Shown here piece after piece: positions 39,403-53,820 of a stretch of 64,000 bases of DNA. The first letter of the stretch is position 1. Every line of letters starts with the position of its first letter. The notes below the pieces were generated by a model, which was not told the DNA's origin, did not search any database, and worked only from the letters and a program-made list of their open reading frames with translations. Source of the DNA: Octopus sinensis (taxonomy: Eukaryota); NCBI RefSeq assembly GCF_006345805.1, contig NC_042997.1, positions 142,848,001-142,912,000 of the forward strand, read 5' to 3'. The position numbers and the translations under genes were made by a program.

Positions 39403-39833
39403 TGTTTACCATTTCTAAAAGTGATTTAGGCAATCCTTTTTTCTTTTGTCTGATTAATTATTCACCAGCCATAAGTGCTTACTAACATTAATTATAAACA
39501 AAAACTAGGGTCATAATTAATGATTAGTAAAGGAAACTAAAATACAGGTTGTGTTTCAGAATTGAGAATGTATGGAATTATAAATATGCAAGATAGATTT
39601 TCTTATTCTTTGTCACTTCTTTGATATGTGTGTTAACTATTCTTGGAATCATTATCATCCAGTAAAATCCTTCTTCCATGCTGTGTGGGTTGACCAGCTG
39701 GTGAGCCTGAAGACTGTACCAAGCTCCAGTGTCTGCTTTGGTATGGTTTCTATTTGTTGATGCCCTTCCTAACACTGATTGCTTTACAGAGTATACTTGG
39801 CACTTTTTATGTAGTACTGGTATTTGTGAGGTA

Positions 39834-40065
39834 AGGCGGTGAGCTGGCAGAATCGTTTGCACGCTGGGCGAAATGCTTCACGGTATTTTATCTGCTGCTA
39901 CATTTTGAGTTCAAATTCTGCTGAGGTCGACTTTGCCTTTCATCCTTTCGGGGTCAATTAAATAAGTACCAGTTATGCACTGGGGTCGATATAATCGACT
40001 TAATCCATTTGTCAGTCCTTGTTTGTCCTCTCTGTGTTTAGCCCCTTGTGGGTAGTAAAGAAATA
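39834..40065 (+). mobile_element. Second-family SINE with 14-bp TSD, nested in an older repeat
   Basis: GGTATTTGTGAGGT flanks both sides. Confidence 0.88.
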
Positions 40066-41427
40066 GGTATTTGTGAGGTCACCTAGTAGATCACAAAGCA
40101 AGACCTCTACTGAAAGAGTATTGTATTGAGGGAGGTGGTTAAAGTATGATAGACAGACACAGGTGTCATGCTATAGAGAAAATACATGGTAACCCCAGTT
40201 AGAAAGAGAATATGGTGAAGATGTGTCAGAGCAAGTTAATTCTGAATATTTAAAGGATTTCTTTTCAAAATTGCCAAAATCTGCTATTTCTTAAATTGCC
40301 AAATGAAAGAGTATCAAATATATTTTGAAGATTTACATTTTTCATTTAAATAGTTTTAAGTCTAGCATAATATTAATAATTTTTTTAGAAATATTATTGC
40401 TAGTTGTTAACTTGAGTCAATAGCAGCTATATTCAGCTCTTCAAATATCAATCATGCTTACTCGAAATACTTCATAACTTAGGTTGTGATTTTGAAATTT
40501 CAACCTTGTTGACCTCTGCCAGTGACATTACTGATATAATCTGTATCAAGCCTACAGGCTCTTGAGTCTTGATCTTATCCAGGTTTTCAGGATGTTTAAG
40601 TTGAAGATAGGAAACTCCCTCCCACCTGAATGAGATGCCAGGTCATGACAGTTAACCCCACTAGGTGTCACTGGTATGCACATTTCTAGCTGAGTGTACT
40701 AGAGCAATGTGAAACGAAGTGCCTTGCTCAAAGACACAATAAGCCTCCCAGTCCAGAAATTGAACCAACAACCTAATACTCATGAGCTCAACACACAAAC
40801 CACTAAGGCCACGTGATTTGATTATAAGTTAAATGAAACTTTAATATAAATGAACATATCAACTTCTATCAAATGTACATTGTAAAGTGATTCCACTTTA
40901 CTCAGCATGTTTAATAAAAGATAGTAATTAACAATATGGTCCTATAATTTGCATATTGTATCCTTTCTTCCAATAAGTCCTGAGAATAATTTCAAAGAAT
41001 CTGTATTGGCAGAACTGATGCAGACACCAGTATTTAGTTTGTTTTGTCCTTCTGTGAATGGAATTCAAATCCTACTGATGTCGACTTTATCTTTCATTCC
41101 TTCAGGGATTGGTAAAATAAGTACAGCCAATAATATACTGCAGTCATTTCAATCAGTTATTCAAATGAAATTTATAATCTCCAATAACATATCAATGTTT
41201 CAGGATCCATGAGTGAAACAAATTTTTCTGCCACTAGCTTTAGATTTCAACTGGGCAAGAAATTTTCAAGTGATATGGCTGGCTATACACACACACACAC
41301 ATATATATATAGTCACAGTGAGGATATTTAAACATAGGGATATTTTTATCCAAGATACACTGGTTTAATATATTGTATTTTGAAGAGATATTTCTACAAT
41401 GAATACATTATATAAAATATCAAATAT

Positions 41428-41703
41428 TATTATTAAGTTTGAAAATAGAGAGATCTAATGGATAAAATCAATTTATTAATCATCAGGGTGTACAAAGAAC
41501 AATACAAGGATTACACATATTCTGAGTATTCCAACGGATCATAATGTAATCCTTGTCCTTTGTACACCCTGATGATGCAAAATTATATATTTATATATGT
41601 TTTGTAGCTATAATTTTGTTTGTGAAATGAAACAATTGTAGGTGAATATGTGAATTAATTAATTTGTATCCATTAGATCTCTCTGTTTTCAAATTTAATA
41701 ATA
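41428..41703. mobile_element. Fold-back element; right arm with a full hammerhead, left arm internally deleted
   Basis: Outer IR tattattaagtttgaaaatagagagatctaatggata / tatccattagatctctctgttttcaaatttaataata. Inner IR tcatcagggtgtacaaag / ctttgtacaccctgatga. Confidence 0.75.
41565..41644 (+). ncRNA. Hammerhead ribozyme motif
   Basis: cacc-CTGATGA-[tgcaaaattata...tataattttgt..]-GAAAC-aatt-GTA-ggtg, with palindromic ACAATTGT stem III. The base of stem II is imperfect. Confidence 0.75.
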
Positions 41704-43432
41704 TATATATGTTACACAATTCTTTACAAGTTTGGCACAGGGCAAGCAGTTCTAATGGGGAATATAAGTTGATGACACTCATTTTGCTGTTTTATCTTTG
41801 TGGATACAACTCATTAGTATGATGCCCAGACAGGTAAAATCATTAAAGCTGCACAAGGCATCTCTATTAAATTTATATTAAGTATTTAAATGCATCAAAT
41901 AACATTCTTTTCTTTCTAGAAATAAATATTTCAAAAATGATAATGTCCATTTACTTTCGAGATGTATTTATATATATAAATATCAGTATTCTGTTCTAAC
42001 ACTACCTCCATGTTAAGTTGGAGGTCAACGTTGGCTGTTTTCTGTCACTATTAATTATCATATATATATATATATGGTTCAAAACAGTTTGATTGAAACT
42101 TCTTGGTAGTCTGAGTTTCAAGTGTGATGCTAATCTTTGGCTGTTGGAGTTTGAATGAGAGGACAGTTGAAGAGAGTCAATGTTTATTACAGATGTTAGC
42201 CTGCGATTGGTCAAGAAAAGTCGTATGGTATCACAGTTTGATGTTGGTATTTCAGTGACTACAGTTGAGTGCCCTTCTTTCATTTGTTTATTCACTCCTA
42301 TATATATACATATACACACACACATATATATATATAACATAGAGACTAGTATAAAATATTTCACTCTGGTTAACAGGTAAAAGGGTGAAGACCACCAAGG
42401 CACAAGTCTGGGCAAAGTTGTTTATGGAAGACCAGCAGTCACCCATGCATACTAGTCTCCCCTCTCCTTGCCAACAAGGTGAGGCAAAGGCTGATACAGC
42501 TTGGCACCAGTGATGTTGCAACTAATTTCTACAGCTGAGTGAACTGGAGCAATGTGAAATAAAGTGTTTTGCTCAAGAACACAACATGCAGCCTGGTCCA
42601 GGGATCAAACTCACTACCTCATGACTGTGAGCCTGACAATCTAACCATTGAGCCATGAGCCTTAAGAGATAAAGTTGGCCTAAAGCTAGGTAGAACCAGT
42701 GTGGTACTAGCGGGAAAAATAAAAATGCAAATTGGAAATTTAGCTAACAAAATAAAATTAACAGATAATTTTTTATCACTCTCATAGTATCGATCACTGC
42801 AGTATGTTGTTTTGTCTTTCATAAGTATTATAATGAACATCCCGCAACCTATGAAAGCAACTAAATTTTTCGTCTTTGGGGGCTTATTTTAGTTCAGCTC
42901 AAAAAATGTCCATTACTTCTACAGTTTTTTTTTTTGCTGGCAATAGTGAATTCTACATATTTATAGTATATGTGTAGAAATAGGTGATAGATTGAGCAGT
43001 TCATAGACAATTATTTGCCTAAGAAAACACAGCACATATACAGCTTCAGTATAGGAACCTTCATGGCTAAAGCTGGTTGCTTGTCACATTATCAATTCTA
43101 CTACTGCTTTAGCCACTGATTGTAATGTTAATTTTAAAATCAGAAATTCTTCCTTTTTCTTGCGTTCTTGTTTTTCTCTTCTTATTTGTTTTCTTTTTTG
43201 TTTATATTTATGGATGGTCATTACAAAAAAAAACAGACTTTGCTTTTTTTCTATTCTTCTGTGTACAGATTGTTATGTGACCTCTCTTTCTGGTCACCTC
43301 AGTGGACCTTGAACTGGTATTGCAATAAACATTTGGTATGCCACATTAAATGCTGTATTCTTCTGGTTCAAATATTATTTGTATTGTTTTTGTTATGACT
43401 ACTAGTCTCATGCCTATGTTAGAACCCATCAC

Positions 43433-43463
<31 letters not shown>

Positions 43464-45976
43464 ATTATTATTATTCTTATTCTTCTTATTATTATTATTA
43501 TAACCACCACTACTTTTCATTAATATGTTTCCTACATCATCAGTAGAATCTGACAGAATCTGAAATAGCAAAGACCGTTAAATTCCAGTTATGGGATTAA
43601 TTTCTCTGAGAAAGGGACTCAAAGAAGATCTCAAAGAGTACATAAGTTTGATTGTTAAATTTTCTAACCACATTTCTGTATAATTCTATGTTAACACAAT
43701 TTTGTTTTTATGTTGATAATAGGTTTTTTTTTCTTTACATCAAAGATCAAAATGCTAAATCATTATCATCATCTTCCTTCTTTATATATATTCTGAAATT
43801 AAGGCCGCAAGCTGGCAGAATTCTTAGCATGCCAGGTAAGATGCCTAGTGGCATTTTGTCCATTTTTACATTCTGGGTTCAAATTCTACTAAGGTTGACA
43901 TTGCCTTTTATTTGAGCACTGGGGTCAATGTAATCAACTTAGCCCCTCCCCAGTGCCAAAATTTGAAACCAATAAATATTCTGAAATTGGACAATATTAG
44001 TACAAGACTTTTTTTTCTAAAGTCCTAGCTGGGAGATACAGAAAAAGAGAGAGATTGTAGTGCGAGTAATATTAATTTCTCTGAAATGATTACAATATAT
44101 ATTACTGATTACTTTGACTATTTACTCCTCTCTCTCTCCCCCCTATTATATCACAGTTATTTATTTTACTGATTCCCTGATGATGTATGAAATATTTACT
44201 GTGAAAGAAACTCTAACTGAAAATCAAAAGGTTTTTTTTTTCCAGTGTGGTTTAACCCAAATATCCAGGTTTTATCTAGATATTTAGCAATCTAAGAAAA
44301 TTATGAAGGGTTTAATTTTGAAATACATGGGCTGGAATTATTTTCAAATTTAGAAAATTTTTAGTGGATAGAAATGGAATTTTTATTCATTTTATTTGTA
44401 ATTTTTAAAAAATATATCTTGTAACAATTATTATTAAAACTTAACTATTTTTCTTATGCATAATAGTTTTGATTGTTTCTTTGGGTTTTGTTTTTCCCCC
44501 CTTGTAAAAACATTTGAAAAATTTGATAATGTTCAAAGCTTGGTCATCTTACTAATCACTATTCATACCTCTGAATAGAATTCTCTAGATTCTGAATTTT
44601 TCTGGCAAATTATATGTAAAACAATGAAATCACTTAAGAAAATAAGATTCAATTTGTTTTCCCAGCTAAGAACTATACACTAGAAGCAAGCACATTCTAG
44701 AATCACATTGTTATATTCCATATTACGACAGTAAATTGATTTTCACAAACTATGAATAAATGAAATCGCTAACAAACACAGACAAACATGAAAGAATGAA
44801 ATTTTTGTTTTCTATAAGATTCTTATATATTTCTAAATAAAAATATTAATTCTTTTTAAATTCAAATTGTATATATATATATAGTATAGGAGAAGAGTAG
44901 ATATATATAGTATGATCTACTGAGAGTAGATATAATATATATATATACCGATATAGATAGATAGAGAGATATATATAATATAGATACAGATATATATTAT
45001 AAGTAGATTATGATAGTATATCATAGAGATAGACAGATAGATTATAGATATATAGATAGATACAGATAATAGATAGATATAGATATGAGAGGATTATATA
45101 GAGAGGAGACAGAATAGTATAGTAAGAGAGAGATAGATGAGATATCAGAGATATATATATATATAGAGATATATAAGATAGAGAGAGATATAGAGAAGAT
45201 ATGATATATATAGAATAGATAAGGAACAGAATAGATAGAGATATATATAGGATAGAGATAGGAGATTATATAGTAGATACAGATATAGATAGAGATATAT
45301 ATAGATACAGAATATATATATATAATATATAGAGATATATATATATATACGAGATAGATATATATATATATATATAGATATAGATATATATAGAGAGATA
45401 TATAGGATAGATATATATATATAGATATAGAAGATGATAGTATATATATTATAGATAATAGAATATATATAGTAGATAGATATAGATATAGAGAGATATA
45501 GATATATAGATATATATATAATATATAGAGGATAGAGAATACAGTATAAGTATATATATATTATATAGATATAGATATAATATATATACAGATTATATAT
45601 ATATATATATATAGATATATAGATATATATATATATAAGATATATAGATATATATATATATAGATTAAAGATATATAGATATATAGATATAGTATATATA
45701 TTATACAGATATATAGATTATATATATACAGATAAAGATATATATAGATATATATATATATATATATATAGATATATATATTACAGATATTATATAGATG
45801 ATAGAGATATATATATATACCAGATATATATATATACAGATATATATATAAGATATATATATATATATCTATATATACAGATATATATATATTGATGATA
45901 TATATATATATAGATATATATAGATATATATACAGATAGATATATTATATATATAGATATAATATATATATATACC

Positions 45977-46012
<36 letters not shown>

Positions 46013-46546
46013 TATAATATATATATAATATATATTACAGATATATATGATATTATATTATATATATATATACAGAGAGAGATATATTATATATAATATA
46101 TATAAGATTAGATAGATGATATCTATATAGAATATATATAGATACAGACTATATATTAGTATAGATATATATATATATATATATATGATATATATATACC
46201 AGATCTATATATATATATAGAGATAGATATATAATAGATATATATACAGGAGATGATAGATACGATATATAGATAACAGATAGTTATATATATATGATAT
46301 ATATATATATGAGATACAGATGATTATATACATATATAGATATATATATACAGATATATATATCTATACAGTCGATATATTAAGATATATATATATATAT
46401 ATATATACAGTATATAGTATAGATTATAATAATATTAATATATATGATATAATATATACAGATAATATATATATATTATATATATATAGATATATATATA
46501 TATACAGCTATATATATATATAATACACAGATATATTCTAATATAC

Positions 46547-46582
<36 letters not shown>

Positions 46583-46824
46583 ACCGATATATATATATAT
46601 TATATATATATCAGATAATATATATATATATATATATTATAGATTATATATATATATATATACAGATATATATATATATATATATCTATATATATATATA
46701 CAGATATATAATATTATATATATATAGATATACAGATATATATATTATATATATATATATATACAGATATATATATATATATACGATTATATATATATCT
46801 ATATATATATATATATATATATAC

Positions 46825-46891
<67 letters not shown>

Positions 46892-46965
46892 TATATATAT
46901 ATTACGATATATATAATATTATATAATTTATATAATATATACAGATATAATATATATATATATAG

Positions 46966-46997
<32 letters not shown>

Positions 46998-47162
46998 TAT
47001 ATACCCGATATATATACAGAGATATATATATATTATATATATATATATATACCCGATATATATACAGATATAATATATATAATATATATATATTATATAT
47101 ATACAGATATATATTATATATATATATATTATAGATATATATATATATATTATATATATATC

Positions 47163-47193
<31 letters not shown>

Positions 47194-47469
47194 TATATAT
47201 ATATATTATATATATATATATAGATATTATATATATAGATATAACAGATATATATATATATATATATATCTCTATATATATATATACAGATTCTATATAT
47301 AATTATATATATATATAATATATATTACAGATATATATATATATACTATATATATACAGATATTATATATATATATATATATTATATATATATATTATTA
47401 TATCTATATATAATATATAATACAGATATATATATACATATATATTATTAAATATATATATATATTAAA

Positions 47470-48066
47470 TAGAGACAAAACCACTATTAGGGAAATCAAA
47501 CAATGAAAACTTAAGCCAATACATAAGATTATTTATTATATTATTTAAATATAACAAAATTATTAAAAAAATATAATTAATATCACACTATGATCGTTTC
47601 ATGCCGCGAACTTCTTCAAATTTTGAGTCGCAGTCATTCATCAGGTGGTTTAAATATCTAAAATATAATCAATATTTTTAAGATATAAATAATATATATA
47701 ATATAAATTTTACTTATAATAACTCTATTATTAAATATGATTACATCGAAATCGACTATAATGTAAATATTAACTTTAATTTATAAGGTAGAAAACCCAT
47801 AATCTAATATCATATTAGTCTATATCTAATTAAATAAATATTTAAAATGACTAATTAATATATTAATGATTTTTTTTTATAATTTTGTTATATATTTAAA
47901 TAATATAAATTAAATAATCTTATGCATTGGCTTAAGTTTTTCATTGTTTGATTTGCCTAATAGTGGTTTGTCTCTAATTAATGAATATAATAAAATTTTA
48001 CTATAAAAAGGATTCAATCCAAATCTGATTTTCCCTGTAAGTTTGGATTTATTCCCTAATATTTAT

Positions 48067-48070
<4 letters not shown>
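47470..48070. mobile_element. Fold-back hammerhead element inside the (TA)n satellite
   Basis: Arms ~47470-47582 and ~47860-47976 (tagagacaaaaccactattagg / cctaatagtggtttgtctcta). Tail with ttttccctgtaa...tccct as in 37740-37815. Confidence 0.8.
47586..47647 (-). ncRNA. Hammerhead ribozyme motif
   Basis: cac-CTGATGA-[atgactgcga...tcgcggcat]-GAAAC-gatc-ATA-gtg. One stem III mismatch, consistent with CpG decay of ACGATCGT. Confidence 0.75.
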
Positions 48071-48151
<81 letters not shown>

Positions 48152-48292
48152 AATATATATATATATATGTATACTATATTATATCATATATAAAGATAGT
48201 TTATAATGATATATATATGTATAAAGAATATATATATATTCATATATATACATAACAATATTATATGCATAAAGATATTACATATATGTATA

Positions 48293-48344
<52 letters not shown>

Positions 48345-48351
48345 AGTATAT

Positions 48352-48382
<31 letters not shown>

Positions 48383-48396
48383 TATTATATATTATA

Positions 48397-48461
<65 letters not shown>

Positions 48462-48922
48462 ATATACATATATATATATATATATATAAGATATACATAT
48501 ATAATATATATATATATCTATATATAGATATATACTATATATATAATATATATTATATATATTATATATATATAAAGATCTCCTTTCTATATATATATAT
48601 ATATATATATAAGATATACATATATATATATATATATATAAAGAATACATATATATATATAATATATATAATATCTATAAAGATATTATATATAAAGATA
48701 TATATATATAAAGATATTACATTATATATATAGTATATATTTAAAGAATACATAATATATATATATACATATAATATATATTTAAAGATATCATATATAA
48801 ATACATATATATGTATATATATTGAATATATATAATATATATGTATATATTATATTGATTATATATTAATATATAGATATATATAATTAATATATATTAT
48901 ATATATATATATATTAATATAT

Positions 48923-48953
<31 letters not shown>

Positions 48954-48977
48954 TATATATATATAATTATATATATA

Positions 48978-49051
<74 letters not shown>

Positions 49052-50271
49052 ATCAAGTCAATTAAGGTTCCAGAAAGATAATTAAAGAATTATATTCAGT
49101 TCGATGTTTGTTATACTGCAGATTAATAGTTTCGAGATTTGTAATTCATAATCCTTATGTTGTAAAGGGATCGCGTGCTGCTGTCTTCTTTTTTAACAGT
49201 TGAACCATGTGACTTTCTAACAATTAAAGAAAACCTTCCTTCAATTTATTTTCTTGGAGTATTGTAATAAAATAACACACTTAATCATTTTCTAACATGA
49301 CATTATAATTATATATTTAAAAAAAAGGATGAATTGAATTTTGTTATTTTTTAAATCTATAGAAGCATTATAAGAGATTTATGTAGGAAACAATTTAATG
49401 TTTTTATCAATATTTTAATCCAATGAAATTAATATATATCTATATATATATATTTTAACTGACAAACACCACAACTGCTACTGATATTCACAATTAGTAC
49501 TAGATCTTTTTGTTGTTGTTTAATTTAAAAAGCACAAACTTTGTCTCATTTTCGTGGTTATATTTCTCAGTTTGTTATATTTTACTGATATATTTTAAAT
49601 AATGTTACATCAAACTACTTGTTGATTGTGTCAATTCTTGCCTATGCATACATTTTTTTTTTCTCAAAATTGTTAAATGACAAAAATGAGAAAGAAAGAA
49701 ACCGCCACAACAATCATTTAACACAATAATGTAGACTAGTTTGTACTATTAGACTTGTACATAAGCAATTGTACTATTAGACTTGTACATAAGCAATTAA
49801 CACTCATTGATTCTATTTATCTAAGGTATTTTTATATATGTAATTTTTAATGTTGTCACAGAAATTTTGTAATGTCTAAACATGAAAAGATTGTTATCTT
49901 TCACAGGTAATAATCCTACAATCAATCATGGGGGAAAATATTTTTTTAAAAGAAATATCACTGAATCAGTATCCAACTCAGCCAACAGATTTAAATCTTT
50001 GCCATGAGAGAATGCATTGACAAGGGAGATAACCAACAAAACCTAAGGCACCAGTATCATTTATTTTCACCTCACACATAACTCACTACAACTAGTTAAC
50101 TTTTAGTAAGATGCTTGTTTAGGGTATCCAACTTTATTTATTCAAGAAATATATTTTAACACTCTGAAAGACTTTCTTTGAACCTTTATATATGAACAAA
50201 ACAAAATTCATACTTTGATTTTTTTTTCACCAACTTACTAAGTATTATTGTTAATATTATTATCATTATTA

Positions 50272-50715
50272 AGGCAGAAATCTAGCAGAATCGTTAGCAC
50301 ACTGGCAAAATGCTTAGCAGCATTTCATGTCTTCACAATCTGAGTTAAAATTTCGCCAAGGTCGATTTTACCTTTCATCCTTTCGGGGTTGATAAAGTAA
50401 GTACCAGTTAAGTTACTGGGGTTGATGCAATCGACTTACCCACTCCCCAAAAGTGCTGGTCTTGTGCCAAAATTTGAAATCAATATCATTATTATTAAGA
50501 TGGCAAGCTGGCAGAATCTATAGCACACTGGATGAAATGCTTAGTGGTATTTCGCCCATTGCTATGTTCTGAGTTCAAATTCCACCGAGGTCGACTTTGC
50601 CTTTTATCCTTTCAGGGTTGATAAATTAGGTACCAGTGAAGCACTGCAGTCGATGTAATCAACTAGACACCTTCCCCAAAATTTCAGGCCTTGTGCCTTT
50701 AGTAGAAAGGATTAT
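50272..50715 (+). mobile_element. Two tandem second-family SINEs
   Basis: Same body as the 13088-13510 copies. Confidence 0.85.
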
Positions 50716-52124
50716 TATTACACAATTTAAGATTTTGTACCAATCTGTTTTTTAAAAAAATTCCTTTCCACTTTCCTGCCTCCGCAAAAATCACACCAAT
50801 AATATCTGGTCATGAGAATTCTAGAACACAGAGATATATTGCAGTATCAGTGACCAAAGCGTTTGTCAAAAGGGTTAAAATAATTTTTTTAACTGTGAAA
50901 AATTAAAAAACATTAGTGTGTGCAGTGTGTGTTTAATTAACCAATATGACTAATTAAAATACAATATTTCTCTAAATCTTTGAGGAACTATTCCAAGTGC
51001 TGATAACTTCAGTGGAATGAACTTTGATTATGGAGTTTAAAAATAAATAAATAAACAAGACACGTTTCACCTAAATCATTAAGAAAACAATGCTAATATT
51101 CTCCCCAGTCTGCCATCTATCTCACTCGTATATCTTTAGATAAGTCTGTCTCATTCTCAAAATGCTGATAATACAGATTAACTCCCTTCACCATAACAGC
51201 ACTGTAACATACTGCCTTCCCCTTCACACACAACTTACTAAGTTTTTCTCTAGCGTTAAATAACAATTGAAGCAGAATTCAGAACATACATATTATTTAT
51301 TGAAGTAAATATTTCATTTAGAAATTTTAGTACAAAAGTTGCTTTGTATATCTGTTCTTAGTCTATTCTTTATTCATAGGTTAGAAAAAATAAAATGTTA
51401 TTGTCAACCTTTAAAATAAAAGTCAAGTTTTTGGAACAATCTGGCTTTTTTTTTTTTTTATGTAAGACTTAGGTATGGTAGAATAGTTATAAAGTGGTTA
51501 CAGGTTCAACTCCGTTGTATGGCACCTTGAGCAAGTGTCTTCTGCCAATGCCACAAAGCAACTGAAACTTTGTGAAATTTTGTAAACAGAAATGCTAAAT
51601 GATTAGAGGTTTATTTCAGGGAGGGTTGGCAGAATTGGTTTGTTGAAGAAAAAAAGATATTTTGTGGTATTTGTATTCATACAAGATATTTTCGTTTTGT
51701 CTCAAGTTCAACTTAATCTTTCATCCCTTACAAGACTGATAAAATAGTTCCAGACAGAGACATTCGACTAGGAACACTGAAGGCAGGGGCCTGCAGGAAT
51801 ACAATCCATTGACTGAAACCAGTAAAATAAAAGAAATAAGTTATTCATCCAGATCCTCAAATAGATAGACAGACACATACATACATGCATACATATATAC
51901 ATACATACATGTATACACACATGCACTAACATATAATACCATTTGTATTGTTTTAAAATATGTACTTTTTCACACACATAACAATGTATGTGTGTGCGTG
52001 TATGTTTATATATTATATATATATATAACAGACGTATGTGTATATATATATATATATATATAACAGATGTATGTATATATATATATTATATATATATATA
52101 TAATATATATATATATAACAGATG

Positions 52125-52166
<42 letters not shown>

Positions 52167-52287
52167 TTGATAGATAGATATTATAAATAAGCCACTATCT
52201 AAAAAATCATTCCTAGTTATAGTTGCTTCCTTTTCATTGGGAAGGTATTAATGTTATAATATCCTGTTTCAAATGTTATGCATATAT

Positions 52288-52334
<47 letters not shown>

Positions 52335-53800
52335 CTGGTGCTGGTAACATTTGCTGGAAGAGTTTCTATTTAAATGCTGTTATTAGTCAAGACAAATTCC
52401 CCGACAATATGACTGAATTTTCTTTTTATATTTTATTAATCTTCAGAAGCAACTAGTAAAATGTCGATTGCAATCATAAATGACTTTGTCAAATTTTTCT
52501 GCCACAACTTGATAGTTATATTTCTAAACAAATGAAGGAATTAGACCTTCAGAAGAAATGTTACCTTGAAACTGACAATTTTATATAATTATTTATGTAG
52601 TTTTTATGAAGGTGGCGAGCTAACAGAATTATTAGAATATTGGGGGGGGGATGCTCTTGACAGTATTTCTTCCAGTTCTTTAGATTCTGAGCTCAAATTC
52701 CACTTAGGTCAACTTTGCCTTTCATCCTTTTGAGGTCGATGAAATAAAGTACCAGTGAAGTACTGGGGTCTATAAAATTGACTAATCCTCCCTCTCCCAC
52801 AAAAATTCTGGCCTTGGGCCTAAATTATAAACAGTTATGTAGCTTCTTACAAAACTCAACAGTTACACCTTTCAAAGTTTGGTTGTTTTTGTTTTTTGTT
52901 TGTTTTTTAAATAAATGTTTGTATTTCAATAAGAAAATGAAAATAAACTGTACAAATTAGATGGCATATAAGGACCTACAGATTCTCCCATTTACCTTAC
53001 AAGTAAAAGCCAATGCCTGATATTTTAAGACATACAAAGGTAACATTTATCTGTTAATTAAATGTTGCATTCTTTTTTATTCATTTTTTTCATCGTTGTT
53101 GCCTTTATTTTTTTTTTTTTTGATTGATTCTGACAAATGATTATTATAATGTAGCTGAAAGCAAAACAAAAACAAAAAACAATGAGATGAAAATTTATTA
53201 CTGTATAACTGAATCAATGAGAAAACAATAATTTGAGAGAGAGAGAGAGAATGGTGTTATTTTGTTATAGCATGGGAACTTGTATTTTTACATCCCAGAA
53301 ACATTTTCGTATAGTTATTTCATCAGCTATTTAACACAAATAATATTATTGATGACAATAAAAACTTTTTTATGTAAATTTATTTTGTGTCTGTCTTCTA
53401 CTGTGGCCATGGGCTGACCAAGGCCTTGCAAATGGATTTGATAAACAATAACTGTTAAAATGAAAGATTCAAAAAAAGAAACCCCACAAAGAGGGAGTGG
53501 AAAAACAACTCATGGAAAATAGAAGAAATCTTTAATGTTTTTGAGCTTATGCTCCTCCTCCTCTTCCTCTTCCTCTTCTTGATTTAATGTCCATTTTCTA
53601 TGCTGGCATGGATTGGACAGTTTGAGACTGGCAAAACATGTTTTACCAGTGAGCTGTTTGTTTTCATTACCTGAAGGAAGAGGGAAAATAATGCTTTGAT
53701 GACAAGAAGAACATCTGGCAGTAGAAAATCTGCTTCAATAAACTCCATCCAATCCAAGAAAGCATAAAAAAGTGGACATGATGACGATGATGATTTATGA

Positions 53801-53820
53801 CTAGTGTAGACAATCATAAT
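53801..53820 (-). CDS. Terminal coding exon of the same minus-strand gene (DYDCLH*)
   Basis: Strong acceptor (T)n-ATTTCAG at 53821-53840 on minus. Phase-1 continuation G|AT TAT GAT TGT CTA CAC TAG. Confidence 0.6.

Larger units (their letters stand above)
44870..49047. repeat. ~4.2 kb interrupted (TA)n satellite
   Basis: TA runs punctuated by CAGA/GA (left) and AAGA (right). Interrupted by the 47470-48070 element. Confidence 0.95.

Noticed and set aside
44175-44200. CTGATGA-tgtat-GAAA minimal hammerhead candidate
   Set aside because: No stem I pairing or valid stem III/NUH; probably chance.
49741-49798. 28-bp direct duplication (also a 20-bp one at 31241-31280)
   Set aside because: Ordinary local slippage duplication with no further structure.
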